The notes below the pieces were generated by a model. That model saw only the letters and a list, made by a program, of their open reading frames with translations, did not search any database and was not told the origin of the DNA. A DNA stretch of 42,446 nt from a virus. The position numbers and the translations under genes were made by a program. The stretch lies in IMG/VR virus record IMGVR_UViG_3300045988_059300; one strand, given 5' to 3'. Shown here in pieces: positions 1-8,940 of this stretch; position 1 is the stretch's first letter; each line of letters opens with the position of its first letter.

Positions 1-85
1 CCTGTCCAGGGCCAACCTGTTCGGGGCCAACCTGTCCAGGGCCGACCTGTCCAGGGCCGACCTGTCCGGGGCCGACCTGTCCGGG
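1..85 (+). repeat. Tail of the 15-nt tandem coding repeat (pentapeptide units), continuing from 42145-42446
   Basis: Units gcc[ag]acctgt[ct]c[ag]gg are repeated head to tail. Confidence 0.95.
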
Positions 86-466
86 GCCGACTACATTGAA
101 AAGGCAAAAAATTTATTTTATCCCATTGCCTGCCCGGAAATCGGCGCTTTTGTCGGCTGGAAAAAGGCAAGGGTCAAAACCAGCGGTCATGAGTGCATTG
201 TAAAGCTGGAAATTACCGAAGATGCCGTGCGCAGTTCCGGAACAGGCCGGAAGTGCCGCTGCTCAAAGGCAACCGTTTTGGAGATTCAGGATTTAGAGGG
301 GATTGTATTGGAGCAGGTCGCCGTCAGTGATAGAGATGAGAACTTCCATTACATTCCCGGAACTGTGGTCTCCGTTTCGGATTTCGACGAAAACCGCTGG
401 AACGAGTGCAGCACGGGCATCCATTTCTATATTACCCGAGAAGAAGCGGTGAGGCATATCCTATGA
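2..466 (+). CDS. Pentapeptide-repeat protein, C-terminal part (5' part is 42070-42446 across the circular junction)
   Basis: Frame 2 is open from the window edge to TGA 464-466. It starts with A[DN]L[SF][RG] units, then a roughly 125-aa globular tail (CPEIGAFVGWKK...RKCRCSKATVLEI...ECSTGIHFYITREEA). Confidence 0.9.
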   Translation: MSRANLFGANLSRADLSRADLSGADLSGADYIEKAKNLFYPIACPEIGAFVGWKKARVKTSGHECIVKLEITEDAVRSSGTGRKCRCSKATVLEIQDLEGIVLEQVAVSDRDENFHYIPGTVVSVSDFDENRWNECSTGIHFYITREEAVRHIL

Positions 467-1056
467 AAAAGCTGACCCGCGAAGAGCGGCGGCGCCGGAG
501 CCAGAGGCGGCAGCTGATTACATATCTCCTGTTTCTGATCTTGCTGCTGGCGTGGCTGGGAAGCTACCTGATTATGACGGTGAAAGCAGATCGGCCCGCC
601 ATGCACAAGCCGGAGCCCGCCACGCAGGACGGCAGCCTACCCGGCGACGATACCCCGGCCCTGGTCCGCTGTTATCTCACCGAAGAGGAGCAGGAGGCCG
701 CGGAAAACGAGCTGATCGAGGCGGCGCTGCTGTCCCATGCCGTCCGCCTGGATGATGTCACCGTCACCCACTACTGCACCTGCTCCCGCTGCTGCGGCAA
801 GTCCGACGGCATCACCGCCAGCGGCAGAAGGGCCACGCCCGGCGTCTCTGTGGCCGTGGACCCGTCCATCATCCCATTGGGTTCTGATGTCCTGGTGGAC
901 TACGGAGACGGAGAACTCCACTATTACCGGGCGGACGATACCGGAAGTGCCGTGAAAGGCGCCCACATCGACCTCTGCATGGAGAGCCACGAGGCCGCCA
1001 TCCAGGCCGGAGTCCGTACCGCTACAATCTATTTCATCGAGGAGGGAGCTATTTGA
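463..1056 (+). CDS. Membrane-anchored 3D-domain (RlpA/MltA-like double-psi beta-barrel) protein
   Basis: ATGA start/stop overlap. R/K-rich N-terminus plus TM helix LITYLLFLILLLAWLGSYLIM. C-terminal VTHYCTCSRCCGK..GRRATPGVSVAVDPSIIPLGS..YRADDTGSAVKGAHIDL. Confidence 0.8.
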   Translation: MKKLTREERRRRSQRRQLITYLLFLILLLAWLGSYLIMTVKADRPAMHKPEPATQDGSLPGDDTPALVRCYLTEEEQEAAENELIEAALLSHAVRLDDVTVTHYCTCSRCCGKSDGITASGRRATPGVSVAVDPSIIPLGSDVLVDYGDGELHYYRADDTGSAVKGAHIDLCMESHEAAIQAGVRTATIYFIEEGAI

Positions 1057-1409
1057 CAAGAGAAGAACGTATCAAGGCATTCACGATGCGGATCGACGGC
1101 CACAACTGGCAGGAGATCGCCCGGGAAATCGGATACGCGGACTGCACCATCAAGAATGACCTGTCGGCCTGCATCCGAATCCCGCCTCGTCCCCCGTCCG
1201 TGCTGTATCCGGTCATCCGAAGGTACATTGTAGAAAACTATGGCGGCGTGGTCAAGAGCTTCATTCAGGACGTGGGCGGCGTCTCATACGCCCAGGCATA
1301 CCAGATGCTCTCCGGGCGGTTGGCTGCCTCCAGGCCATTCCGGGACAGCGTGGCCCATCTCATGGGTATTCCCGCGGAAGATGCGTTCCGGATCGGAGGC
1401 GAGTCATGA
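1053..1409 (+). CDS. Small HTH (sigma-70 region-4-like) DNA-binding protein
   Basis: TTG start 4 nt after GGAGGGAG, overlapping the upstream stop. Motif NWQEIAREIGYADCTIKNDL. Confidence 0.6.
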   Translation: MTREERIKAFTMRIDGHNWQEIAREIGYADCTIKNDLSACIRIPPRPPSVLYPVIRRYIVENYGGVVKSFIQDVGGVSYAQAYQMLSGRLAASRPFRDSVAHLMGIPAEDAFRIGGES

Positions 1410-1723
1410 AGCACTGCCAAATCTGTAACGCCTACTTTGATGCCCCTATGGTCCGGGAGGGCACGGACCCCACCGTATTCCCCGGTTACCGCTACCGGGA
1501 TGAGCTGTGCCCCGTCTGCGGCCAGCCCTATATCGAGGACGCCGCCGTCTGCCCCATCTGCAAAGACTATATGCCCGCTGGGGTCATCCTCTGCAAATCC
1601 TGCCGCCGCTCCCTTCTAGCCCGTTTCCGGGACTTCGCCGACACTCTCCGGGAAGAGGAAGAGGACCAGCTGGACGAGTGGCTGGACGGAAGAAGCATCA
1701 AGGAAAGGAGCGAGTTCCGGTGA
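1406..1723 (+). CDS. Cys-rich zinc-ribbon protein, function unknown
   Basis: CQIC..CPVCG..CPIC..CKSC motifs with an acidic tail. Translationally coupled on both sides. Confidence 0.7.
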   Translation: MKHCQICNAYFDAPMVREGTDPTVFPGYRYRDELCPVCGQPYIEDAAVCPICKDYMPAGVILCKSCRRSLLARFRDFADTLREEEEDQLDEWLDGRSIKERSEFR

Positions 1724-2295
1724 TCCAGTTTGATGAAAAGTCCCATACCTATACCCTGGACGGCGTGGAACTCCCCAGCGTCACCCACATCTGCCGCTTT
1801 CTGGCATACGACTATAAATCGGATAAGCCGTGGCTGGCGGAGACCGCCGCCCGCCGGGGGACCGCCGTCCATGAAGCCTGCGCCCTGATCGACTATGGCG
1901 AGACACCGGAGGAAACACCGGAGATCGCTGGGTATCTGAAAGCCTACCGCCGTTTCCTGAAAGACTACCGCCCGGACTGGGAGCTGATCGAGTACCCTAT
2001 GGGTAATCTGGAATTTGGTTACGCAGGAACGCTGGACCGATACGGGACGCTCTATGATGGCCGCAGCTGTATCCTGGACATCAAGACTGGCCAACTCCAC
2101 GGCCCATCTCTCCGGGCCCAGCTGACAGCCTACCAAGAATTGATGCCCCTATGGCATAGTACCCCGGATTATCTCTATGCTCTGAAACTCTCCAAGGATG
2201 GAACCTATGAGCTCACGGAAGTCCGCTATGACCTGGAACTGCTGAAAATCTGTCTGTTCATGAATCAGGCAGTGGAAAGGAAGAAACGCGCATGA
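1720..2295 (+). CDS. PD-(D/E)XK family exonuclease (recombination module)
   Basis: GTG 1720 sits 10 nt after AGGAAAGGAG. Motifs GTAVHEA, GTLDRYG and ILDIKTG (D..D-x-K). Lies upstream of the annealing-protein candidate and SSB. Confidence 0.75.
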   Translation: MIQFDEKSHTYTLDGVELPSVTHICRFLAYDYKSDKPWLAETAARRGTAVHEACALIDYGETPEETPEIAGYLKAYRRFLKDYRPDWELIEYPMGNLEFGYAGTLDRYGTLYDGRSCILDIKTGQLHGPSLRAQLTAYQELMPLWHSTPDYLYALKLSKDGTYELTEVRYDLELLKICLFMNQAVERKKRA

Positions 2296-3011
2296 GCGAA
2301 GAAATGATGCTCTACAGCTATAACGCCGCCCCGCTGGCGGTTCAAAAGAAGCCCCACTCCGCAGATTATGAAATCTCTGTATTTGGAAGTGCCCCCGCCA
2401 CTCTCCGCCGGGGCATCGACTTCGGCGTCATCCGCAAGAAGAACGGCGAGGCCATGACGAAAAATCCCACCCTGTTCAAGGCAGGCGCGGAGAAGGTAGC
2501 TGTGGCTTATGGGCTCTGCCAGCGGTACTGCATGGAGAGTAAGATCGAGGACCCGGAGATCGGCTTTTTCTTTTATTCTATCCGCTGCGACTTGGTGAAG
2601 ATCGTGGAAGGCAAGGAGTACATCATCACCAGCTCCTATGGTTCTGCCAACACCCGGGAAGGCCGCACCGGAACTCAGTCCCCCTACGACGGCGCCAACA
2701 GCGCCTTAAAGATGGCCCAGAAGCGGGCGTTGGTCTCCGCCGCTCTCTCCCTTGGTTGTATGTCCGACAGCTTCACCCAGGACATTGAGAGCGATACAGA
2801 AGACGCCGGGGCCTACTTCGCGGGCAAAGACCCGGAAAAGCCCATTACCCCCGCACAGGTCAAATTCTTCTATACCTGTGCCAGCCGCCATGGCCTGACA
2901 AAGCAGGCGGCCAAGGACTTCTTGAAATCACACGGCTACGACAGCGCCAGCAAGATCAAGTCCGGCGACTTCGACGCCCTAGTGGACGCCCTGCAAAAGG
3001 AGGACTCCTGA
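2292..3011 (+). CDS. Putative single-strand annealing protein (recombinase)
   Basis: Located between the exonuclease and SSB. Motifs LFKAGAEKVAVAYGL and SALKMAQKRALVSAALSLG. Family not assigned. Confidence 0.5.
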   Translation: MSEEMMLYSYNAAPLAVQKKPHSADYEISVFGSAPATLRRGIDFGVIRKKNGEAMTKNPTLFKAGAEKVAVAYGLCQRYCMESKIEDPEIGFFFYSIRCDLVKIVEGKEYIITSSYGSANTREGRTGTQSPYDGANSALKMAQKRALVSAALSLGCMSDSFTQDIESDTEDAGAYFAGKDPEKPITPAQVKFFYTCASRHGLTKQAAKDFLKSHGYDSASKIKSGDFDALVDALQKEDS

Positions 3012-3427
3012 TGTTTATCAATGGCCTGCCAGACTATGACCGCAGTGGCAAAGAGGTCAAGACCGGCCTCGTCATCGCAAAGGCCACCTGTGACGGAGAT
3101 ATCCGCATCACCAGCAACGGCAAGGAGGTCGGCTCCATCTCCGTCCGCGCCTATGGCCGCAAGGATGGAACCGCCGCTTTCCTGACCGTCAAGGGCTGGG
3201 GAAAGCTGGCCCGCCAACTGTCCGTTATGGTGAAGGGCGACCGGGTCATCGCCGCCGGACGGCTGGAGAGCCGGGAGTACAACGGCAAAACCTATACAGA
3301 CCTGATAGCGGACTATGTGTGGCCCACAGAAAAGGAGCCCCACTTCCCCATCCAGAGCGGCGGCGTCAACGTCTCAGCCGCAGACTTCGCCGAGATCGGC
3401 GAAGAGGACGGCGAACTGCCGTTTTAA
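3011..3427 (+). CDS. ssb: Single-stranded DNA-binding protein
   Basis: OB-fold-like core and an acidic C-terminal tip EIGEEDGELPF typical of SSB. Confidence 0.85.
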   Translation: MFINGLPDYDRSGKEVKTGLVIAKATCDGDIRITSNGKEVGSISVRAYGRKDGTAAFLTVKGWGKLARQLSVMVKGDRVIAAGRLESREYNGKTYTDLIADYVWPTEKEPHFPIQSGGVNVSAADFAEIGEEDGELPF

Positions 3428-3433
3428 GGCGGT

Positions 3434-4084
3434 GTGTATGTGAAACGGGATCAATTTACATTTTATCGGAGCTACTATGAGGCTCTGAAAAATTTACCGA
3501 AACGAGACCAGACTGCAGTCCTGATGGCAGTCATTGGTTATGCCCTAGACGAAACTGAGCCCTTGCTCTCCGGCGTCCCTCTTTCCGTTTTCACTTTGAT
3601 CCGCCCGACACTGGACAGCGGGAGGAACAAAGCACGAAACCGCATGAACAAATGCGGAACAAGATCAGATCAAACCGAGAACAAAGTAAAAACAAATCAG
3701 GAACAAACCTGTAAGGAGAGGGAGAAAGAGGTAGAGAGTGAGAGAGAGGTAGAGGTAGAGAGTGAGAAAGAGAGTAAGAACGATAGTTATACTCCCCCTA
3801 CCCCCTCTCCCAGGGGGAAACGCTTTTCACCTCCGACAGTCGATGAAGTCAAGGCATATTGTCAGGAGCGGAACAACGGGGTAGACCCGGAGTCGTTTGT
3901 CGCTTTCTATGCGTCAAAGGGGTGGCGGGTCGGTCAGTCTCCCATGAAAGACTGGAAACAGGCTGTAATCACCTGGGAAAAGCGCAGGAAGCAGGAAGGG
4001 AAGGAAAAGCCTACCGTCCAAAGCATGAACGACGAGACGTGGAAGTACATCCGGGAAATGTACCAGCATAAGGAGGAACCATGA
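3434..4084 (+). CDS. DUF6291-like phage replication/replisome-organizer-type protein
   Basis: N-terminal FTFYRSYYEALKNLPKRDQTAVLMAVIGYAL, an E/K-rich linker, and C-terminal VDEVKAYCQERNNGVDPESFVAFYASKGWRVG. Confidence 0.55.
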   Translation: MYVKRDQFTFYRSYYEALKNLPKRDQTAVLMAVIGYALDETEPLLSGVPLSVFTLIRPTLDSGRNKARNRMNKCGTRSDQTENKVKTNQEQTCKEREKEVESEREVEVESEKESKNDSYTPPTPSPRGKRFSPPTVDEVKAYCQERNNGVDPESFVAFYASKGWRVGQSPMKDWKQAVITWEKRRKQEGKEKPTVQSMNDETWKYIREMYQHKEEP

Positions 4085-4410
4085 ACAGCAAACAGAAGGG
4101 CAAGCGTGGTGAGCTGGAATGGGCCAGCTATTGCCGTGGGCAGGGCTATGACTGCCGCCGCACGGCTCAGTATTGCGGGAACACCGGGGACGCCTCTGAC
4201 GTTGTAGGGCTGCCCGGCATCCATCAGGAAGTCAAGCGTGTGGAGCGGCTGGATTTGGAGGCAGCTATGGCCCAGGCAAAGCATGATGCGCCTCCTTGGG
4301 AATATCCCATTGTAGCCCACCGGCGGAGCCGCTGCGAATGGCTGGTAACAATGCGGGCGGAGGACTGGTTTTCCCTGTACAGGGAATGGGAGGCAAGTCA
4401 TGACAACTAA
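4081..4410 (+). CDS. Hjc-like PD-(D/E)XK Holliday-junction resolvase
   Basis: KGKRGELEW..GDASDVV..HQEVK (E, D, E-x-K) in a 109-aa protein. Confidence 0.6.
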   Translation: MNSKQKGKRGELEWASYCRGQGYDCRRTAQYCGNTGDASDVVGLPGIHQEVKRVERLDLEAAMAQAKHDAPPWEYPIVAHRRSRCEWLVTMRAEDWFSLYREWEASHDN

Positions 4411-4723
4411 GAAGCTGCAAACCATTCTGGAGATGGTGGACCGGGGATACCTCCAGAAGGACATTGCCAAAGCGGTCAATGTGTCCGTTTCGACCGTCAG
4501 CATCTGGGCCCGGAAATATGGGCGTGTGCGGATACCGCGTCGCTACTGCCTGAAGATGTACACCATCTACGGCAAGGACGGGCAATACGCCTTTGAGGGC
4601 ACCGCCCGAGAGTGTGCGGAATATCTGGGCATCCGATACCAGTCCTTCCGGCGGATGGCGTCCCAATACCAGCGTTATGGCAAGGGCCGGTATGCAGTGT
4701 ATCCGTCGGAGGTGGAAGCATGA
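4400..4723 (+). CDS. HTH DNA-binding protein
   Basis: YLQKDIAKAVNVSVSTVSIWARKYG. Confidence 0.6.
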   Translation: MTTKKLQTILEMVDRGYLQKDIAKAVNVSVSTVSIWARKYGRVRIPRRYCLKMYTIYGKDGQYAFEGTARECAEYLGIRYQSFRRMASQYQRYGKGRYAVYPSEVEA

Positions 4724-4750
4724 GAGCTGCCCGCTGGAAAGGAAGAGAGC

Positions 4751-5032
4751 ATGATGGATGATACAAAGCGCGCCTTGCTGGGCGACCACGAGGCAGCCAA
4801 GCGGCTGACGGATGCGGGGGTGCTGGTGCCGTGCCCTGGATGCGGTAGCGACAATATCGTGGATTGGTACAGACACAATGAGGTCTGGTATCAGTGCGAT
4901 GATTGCGGCTGGCAAGGCCCAAGCGTTTACTGTGAAGGATTTCAGGATACAGAGCAAGCCCGCCTGGAATGGAACACCCGCGCACCGATTCTGAGCGCGG
5001 AGGGGATGGAGATGCTGGAGGGGATGGAATGA
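4751..5032 (+). CDS. Lar-family (restriction-alleviation-like) zinc-ribbon protein
   Basis: CPGCGS..WYQCDDCGWQG...EQARLEWNTRA pattern. Confidence 0.6.
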   Translation: MMDDTKRALLGDHEAAKRLTDAGVLVPCPGCGSDNIVDWYRHNEVWYQCDDCGWQGPSVYCEGFQDTEQARLEWNTRAPILSAEGMEMLEGME

Positions 5033-5280
5033 AGAACCCGGGAGAATATGTTGACATTGGGGACCCAGCCTTGCAAGTCAGAACAGACGAGGATGGAAAC
5101 ACCGTGGCCTCTGCAACGATACAGGCGGTTGTCCTCTGGAAAGAAGATATCGAAAACTACATCATGGACGAGATCATCAAGATGTGCAAGGAGCACGGAA
5201 TTACGGACCTGTATGTGCTGAACCGGGATTTCATCCTGTCAGCCATCAGGGAGAAGATGGAAAGGGAGGCCCAACTATGA
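5029..5280 (+). CDS. Hypothetical protein
   Basis: ATGA coupling at both ends. 83 aa. Confidence 0.6.
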   Translation: MKNPGEYVDIGDPALQVRTDEDGNTVASATIQAVVLWKEDIENYIMDEIIKMCKEHGITDLYVLNRDFILSAIREKMEREAQL

Positions 5281-5663
5281 AGCTGGAAGAAGCAATCGCA
5301 AAAGCTAAAATTTTGAATGATAGCCTTAAAGAACTGGCCGATGAATACGAGGGTCAAGGTTCGTTTATGGCGGCTGGTATGGCTGTGACGTTCAAGCTTG
5401 TATTGGACACTATCCTCTCCGCCCTCCGCCCCGTCAGTAAGGAGCAGGTGGAGAAGGTGTTTCCGGGGTGTCCTTATTGCAAGCCAGATTCTGAGGGATA
5501 TGTGCAAAAATTTGGGGCATACAGCATCCTGAACGGGGAATTGAAAACAGGGCACTGTAAGCCACAGAAAATCAGTTTTTGCCCGCATTGTTCCCGCCCG
5601 CTGACGGACGAGGCCGTGGAGATGGTGATGAAAAGGATGGAGGTCCTGAACGATGCGGATTGA
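5277..5663 (+). CDS. Hypothetical Cys-containing protein
   Basis: ATGA coupling. CPYC...CPHC. Confidence 0.6.
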   Translation: MKLEEAIAKAKILNDSLKELADEYEGQGSFMAAGMAVTFKLVLDTILSALRPVSKEQVEKVFPGCPYCKPDSEGYVQKFGAYSILNGELKTGHCKPQKISFCPHCSRPLTDEAVEMVMKRMEVLNDAD

Positions 5664-5895
5664 GCGCAGAAGGTATGTAGTTATGCGAAGGAACCGAACT
5701 GAGGTTTGGTGTGGGCTTTCCAAACATTTCAGTTTCCGCCCGATTACTGAAGTGAAAGATGTTTCTGTCAAGACATATCGCTCCGAAGCACAAGCCAGAA
5801 GCGGCTGTTCTTCATGGGACAGAGATTTTGAGGTTGTTCCGGTAATCGAGATGATTGCGACTGAGGAGGCGCTGAACGATGGCAAGGGCGATTGA
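5653..5895 (+). CDS. Hypothetical protein
   Basis: In the operon frame chain. 80 aa. Confidence 0.55.
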   Translation: MRIERRRYVVMRRNRTEVWCGLSKHFSFRPITEVKDVSVKTYRSEAQARSGCSSWDRDFEVVPVIEMIATEEALNDGKGD

Positions 5896-6220
5896 CGGAG
5901 ACGCACTTAAAAGATGGTGCGAAAAGATAATTGACCAAGCGTGCCATCCAGCAACCGTGCAGATCGGGGAGGTATTTCTGGACAAGGTGCGCTCTATGCC
6001 CACCCTCACCCTGCCGAACGAGCCGCTGACGCCGAAGCAACTGAGGGAGATGAACGAGCCTGTATGGTGCTCCTGCAAACCGATTGAAGGCGGAAACGGG
6101 TATTGGTGTTTGTGCCGGTATGGGAAAATTGTCACCCCATCAGGAAATATTTTTGACGTGGACAAAATTCCGCATTGGATGTTTTACCGCCGCCCGCCGG
6201 AAGGAGAAGCTGATGCTTGA
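5879..6220 (+). CDS. Hypothetical protein
   Basis: 113 aa with overlapping starts and stops. Confidence 0.6.
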   Translation: MARAIDGDALKRWCEKIIDQACHPATVQIGEVFLDKVRSMPTLTLPNEPLTPKQLREMNEPVWCSCKPIEGGNGYWCLCRYGKIVTPSGNIFDVDKIPHWMFYRRPPEGEADA

Positions 6221-6686
6221 GGTATGCCCTATCACACTTAAAGAGGCCAATGCCTTTGTAGAGCAGCACCACCGCCACCACAAGCCGGCCACGGGGCATA
6301 AATTCTCCATTGGCTGTACTGATGGCGAGAAAATCGTGGGAGTTGCAATTGTAGGCCGTCCAGTGAGCCGATATTTGGACGACGGGTGGACGCTGGAGGT
6401 CAACCGTCTCTGTACCGATGGAACACATAACGCTTGCAGTATGCTCTATGCCGCAGCTTGGCGGGCAGCCCGGGCGATGGGCTACCACAAACTGATTACC
6501 TATATACTGGACAGCGAGAGCGGGACAAGCCTTAAAGCCGCCGGGTGGAAATGCGTGGGACAGGCCGGAGGTCTGCGTTGGACAGGAAAGCGCAGGCCGG
6601 AGGTAGATTTATGCCCGGCGCAGATGAAAATCAAATTTGAGATTGATGACGGGAAGCGCCCGCCGGAGGGAGAGGAGGACGCATGA
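6213..6686 (+). CDS. GNAT-like XF1762-type family protein (function unknown)
   Basis: ATG 6213 follows GGAGAAG. ITLKEANAFVEQHHRHHKP..KFSIG..VGVAIVGRPVSRYLDDGWTLEVNRLCTDG..NACSMLYAAAWRAARAMGY..LITY..ESGTSLKAAGW. Confidence 0.6.
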   Translation: MLEVCPITLKEANAFVEQHHRHHKPATGHKFSIGCTDGEKIVGVAIVGRPVSRYLDDGWTLEVNRLCTDGTHNACSMLYAAAWRAARAMGYHKLITYILDSESGTSLKAAGWKCVGQAGGLRWTGKRRPEVDLCPAQMKIKFEIDDGKRPPEGEEDA

Positions 6687-6982
6687 AACCGACTTGTATT
6701 ACTTGCAAAGCTGATTGCCATAACGCCGGGACAACCTCCAAAATTGTGGATTGCTCACAGTACAAACCGGGGCGAGTTTTGACCAACGCAGACCGCATCC
6801 GGGCCATGAGCGACGAGGAGTTGGCGAGCATTTTCCTCAGAGCCGACTTTTGTAAGTGTTGTGAGCATGAAAAAGGCGGAGTATGCAATTTCATCTGTGC
6901 TTATCCAAACATTCCGATTTATGAAGGGTGCAAACAGGCAGCATTGGCGTGGATGAAGCAGCCAGTGGAGGTGGACACCTGA
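6683..6982 (+). CDS. Cys-rich hypothetical protein
   Basis: ATGA coupling. CITCKADC..CKCCEHE..C. Confidence 0.6.
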   Translation: MKPTCITCKADCHNAGTTSKIVDCSQYKPGRVLTNADRIRAMSDEELASIFLRADFCKCCEHEKGGVCNFICAYPNIPIYEGCKQAALAWMKQPVEVDT

Positions 6983-7173
6983 TGGACTACGAAAAGCTTG
7001 TGGCTGAATTAAGAGATTGGTTGCCACCAGAAGATGGCGTACAGATTAACGGAGATGGAGAGATTACATATCCGATTTGGTGCGGTCATTTGACACCTGG
7101 AGATTTTGGCAAGACCGTCTTTTTGACCCGTGAGGAGGCCGAGGCCGCACTACGGAGGGAGCAGGATGGTTGA
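6982..7173 (+). CDS. Hypothetical protein
   Basis: The ATG shares an A with the upstream TGA. 63 aa. Confidence 0.5.
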   Translation: MDYEKLVAELRDWLPPEDGVQINGDGEITYPIWCGHLTPGDFGKTVFLTREEAEAALRREQDG

Positions 7174-7549
7174 TTGGGCAGTCATAAAAAGACTTGGGGT
7201 ATGCTTCCCTGGGTGGTTCATCAACGACCAGGGGGAGTTTATCGCCCACCAAAAGGCAAACGTATATTTCAATATCAGCACTTGCGAGAGCGAGGTGGAT
7301 GTAAAATGCAAGGTATTGGAGTGGTTTTCCCGCGCGGCTTGTAAGTCCACGCCGTTCCGCCGTGCAGTGGACAATACGGCCCTTCATATTTTCTTCCTGA
7401 ATGGTATAAATCAATATCTTGACACTAGGTTCAGTGTGGAGGATATGCGAGAGATTTACACTTATCTCGGGAACGCTTGCAACCATAAAAAAACGATCCG
7501 ATTTATAGAGAGCGGCTATGATATAGCCATATTGGAGGGACAGGAATGA
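7166..7549 (+). CDS. Hypothetical protein
   Basis: 127 aa with an 8-nt overlap on the upstream gene. Confidence 0.6.
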   Translation: MVDWAVIKRLGVCFPGWFINDQGEFIAHQKANVYFNISTCESEVDVKCKVLEWFSRAACKSTPFRRAVDNTALHIFFLNGINQYLDTRFSVEDMREIYTYLGNACNHKKTIRFIESGYDIAILEGQE

Positions 7550-7893
7550 AGGAGTACATCGAGAGAGCGGTTGCTGTCAAGAAATTTGAGAACTATCGCC
7601 GTGATTGCGAAGAAGAAAACGACGAAAGAGCGGCACAGATTTTTGAGGATTGTATATCCGAGCTTATGGCTATCCCCGCCGCTGACGTTGCGGAGGTGAG
7701 GCACGGGAGATGGAATCCAGAAATCCATCATACATATATTCCAGTTGAATATGACCAGAATGGGGATCCTATTCTCCATGAATACACATCATTTCGTTGT
7801 AGCTTATGCGGAAGAGAGGAGCTAAAAGAAGAACCATATTGTCATTGTGGTGCCCGCATGGGCAAGGAGGCCGACCATGAAGTTTCGGAGTAA
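7546..7893 (+). CDS. Hypothetical protein with C-terminal zinc-ribbon
   Basis: RHGRW...CSLCG..CHCG. ATGA coupling. Confidence 0.6.
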   Translation: MKEYIERAVAVKKFENYRRDCEEENDERAAQIFEDCISELMAIPAADVAEVRHGRWNPEIHHTYIPVEYDQNGDPILHEYTSFRCSLCGREELKEEPYCHCGARMGKEADHEVSE

Positions 7894-8548
7894 GACGGGC
7901 GAAGTCGCACTTACCATTGAACAGGCATTAGAGCAGTTTTGCGATAGCAAAGAAGATTGCGACTATTGCGAGCTTCGGGAACCCGTGCAGCAATACGCAG
8001 GGACAAAGAGGCCGTGTCATGAATACGTAAGAGCCAACCCTCACGAAGCCGCTCGCCTGATGGGCTATGAGGTGGTGGAAGATGGAAATGTACTTACAAA
8101 AAATGATAGCAAAGGTGAAAGTTTGGAGGCCAACATGGACAAGCCGAGAATTTGCGAGGTGCTGGGGGTTGAGGTAGGAGAGGATGTTAAATATCGGCAT
8201 ACGGACGGAACAGAAGAAAATATTTGTGTTTGTGAGGGTGGGAGGATTATTATTTCTTCTCTTTCATGCAAATTGCCAACCGTTGCTGTACTTATAAATG
8301 CCATCAACCACCCTGACCGCATCATCCGCAAACCCCGCTTCACCCAGCAGGAGGTGGAGAGGGCAAAGGCGATCAAAGTTTTGCTCCCGGAGATCAATGC
8401 AATAAAATACGATGGTGCATGGACGCAGTGCCTGGAAATTGTAGACGGCACATATTTTCAGAGAGAAGTAATCACCAGACATCTGTTCCCGTCTGTTGAA
8501 AAGGGTCAGGTATATACCCTTGACGAGATCATCGGAGGTGCCCAATGA
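7877..8548 (+). CDS. Hypothetical protein
   Basis: ATG 7877 follows GGCAAGGAGG. 223 aa. Confidence 0.6.
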   Translation: MKFRSKTGEVALTIEQALEQFCDSKEDCDYCELREPVQQYAGTKRPCHEYVRANPHEAARLMGYEVVEDGNVLTKNDSKGESLEANMDKPRICEVLGVEVGEDVKYRHTDGTEENICVCEGGRIIISSLSCKLPTVAVLINAINHPDRIIRKPRFTQQEVERAKAIKVLLPEINAIKYDGAWTQCLEIVDGTYFQREVITRHLFPSVEKGQVYTLDEIIGGAQ

Positions 8549-8940
8549 GAGAAATCCTTTTCAAAGCCAAGCGGCTGGATAATGGCGAATGGATTTCCGG
8601 AAGCTTGGTATGCTTTGCAGGCGGTGCCCGCGCAATCTTGCCCAGTGATAGCAAAACATTATTTTCAAAAAGCAAAGGCTTTATTTGCTGCGATACCTGT
8701 CATGATGTTGACCCCTCCACGGTCTGCCAGTACACCGGTCTGACCGACAAGAACGGGAAGAAGATTTTTGAGGGGGACAACGTCTATGACCCGCGCGAGA
8801 ACTCAATATACACAGTAGAGTGGAACGAAAATAATGCGATTTTCCAGATGGCACATGACTGGCGCAGAAGGAGCGTGGAGACGGCATACTACTGTGAGAT
8901 CATCGGCAACATCTACGACGGGGAGGGCGACAATGATTAA
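8545..8940 (+). CDS. YopX-family protein
   Basis: ILFKAKRLDNGEW..QYTGLTDKNGKKIFEGD..EIIGNIYD. Confidence 0.8.
   Translation: MREILFKAKRLDNGEWISGSLVCFAGGARAILPSDSKTLFSKSKGFICCDTCHDVDPSTVCQYTGLTDKNGKKIFEGDNVYDPRENSIYTVEWNENNAIFQMAHDWRRRSVETAYYCEIIGNIYDGEGDND

Noticed and set aside
1-85. Terminal direct repeats as IS/LTR-type element ends
   Set aside because: The identical ends are the same coding repeat array read through a circular junction. They are not terminal repeats of a transposable element.
5157-5906. 249-aa - strand ORF in the early region
   Set aside because: It is antisense to four tightly coupled + strand genes, with no RBS and Ser/Leu/Arg-rich shadow composition.
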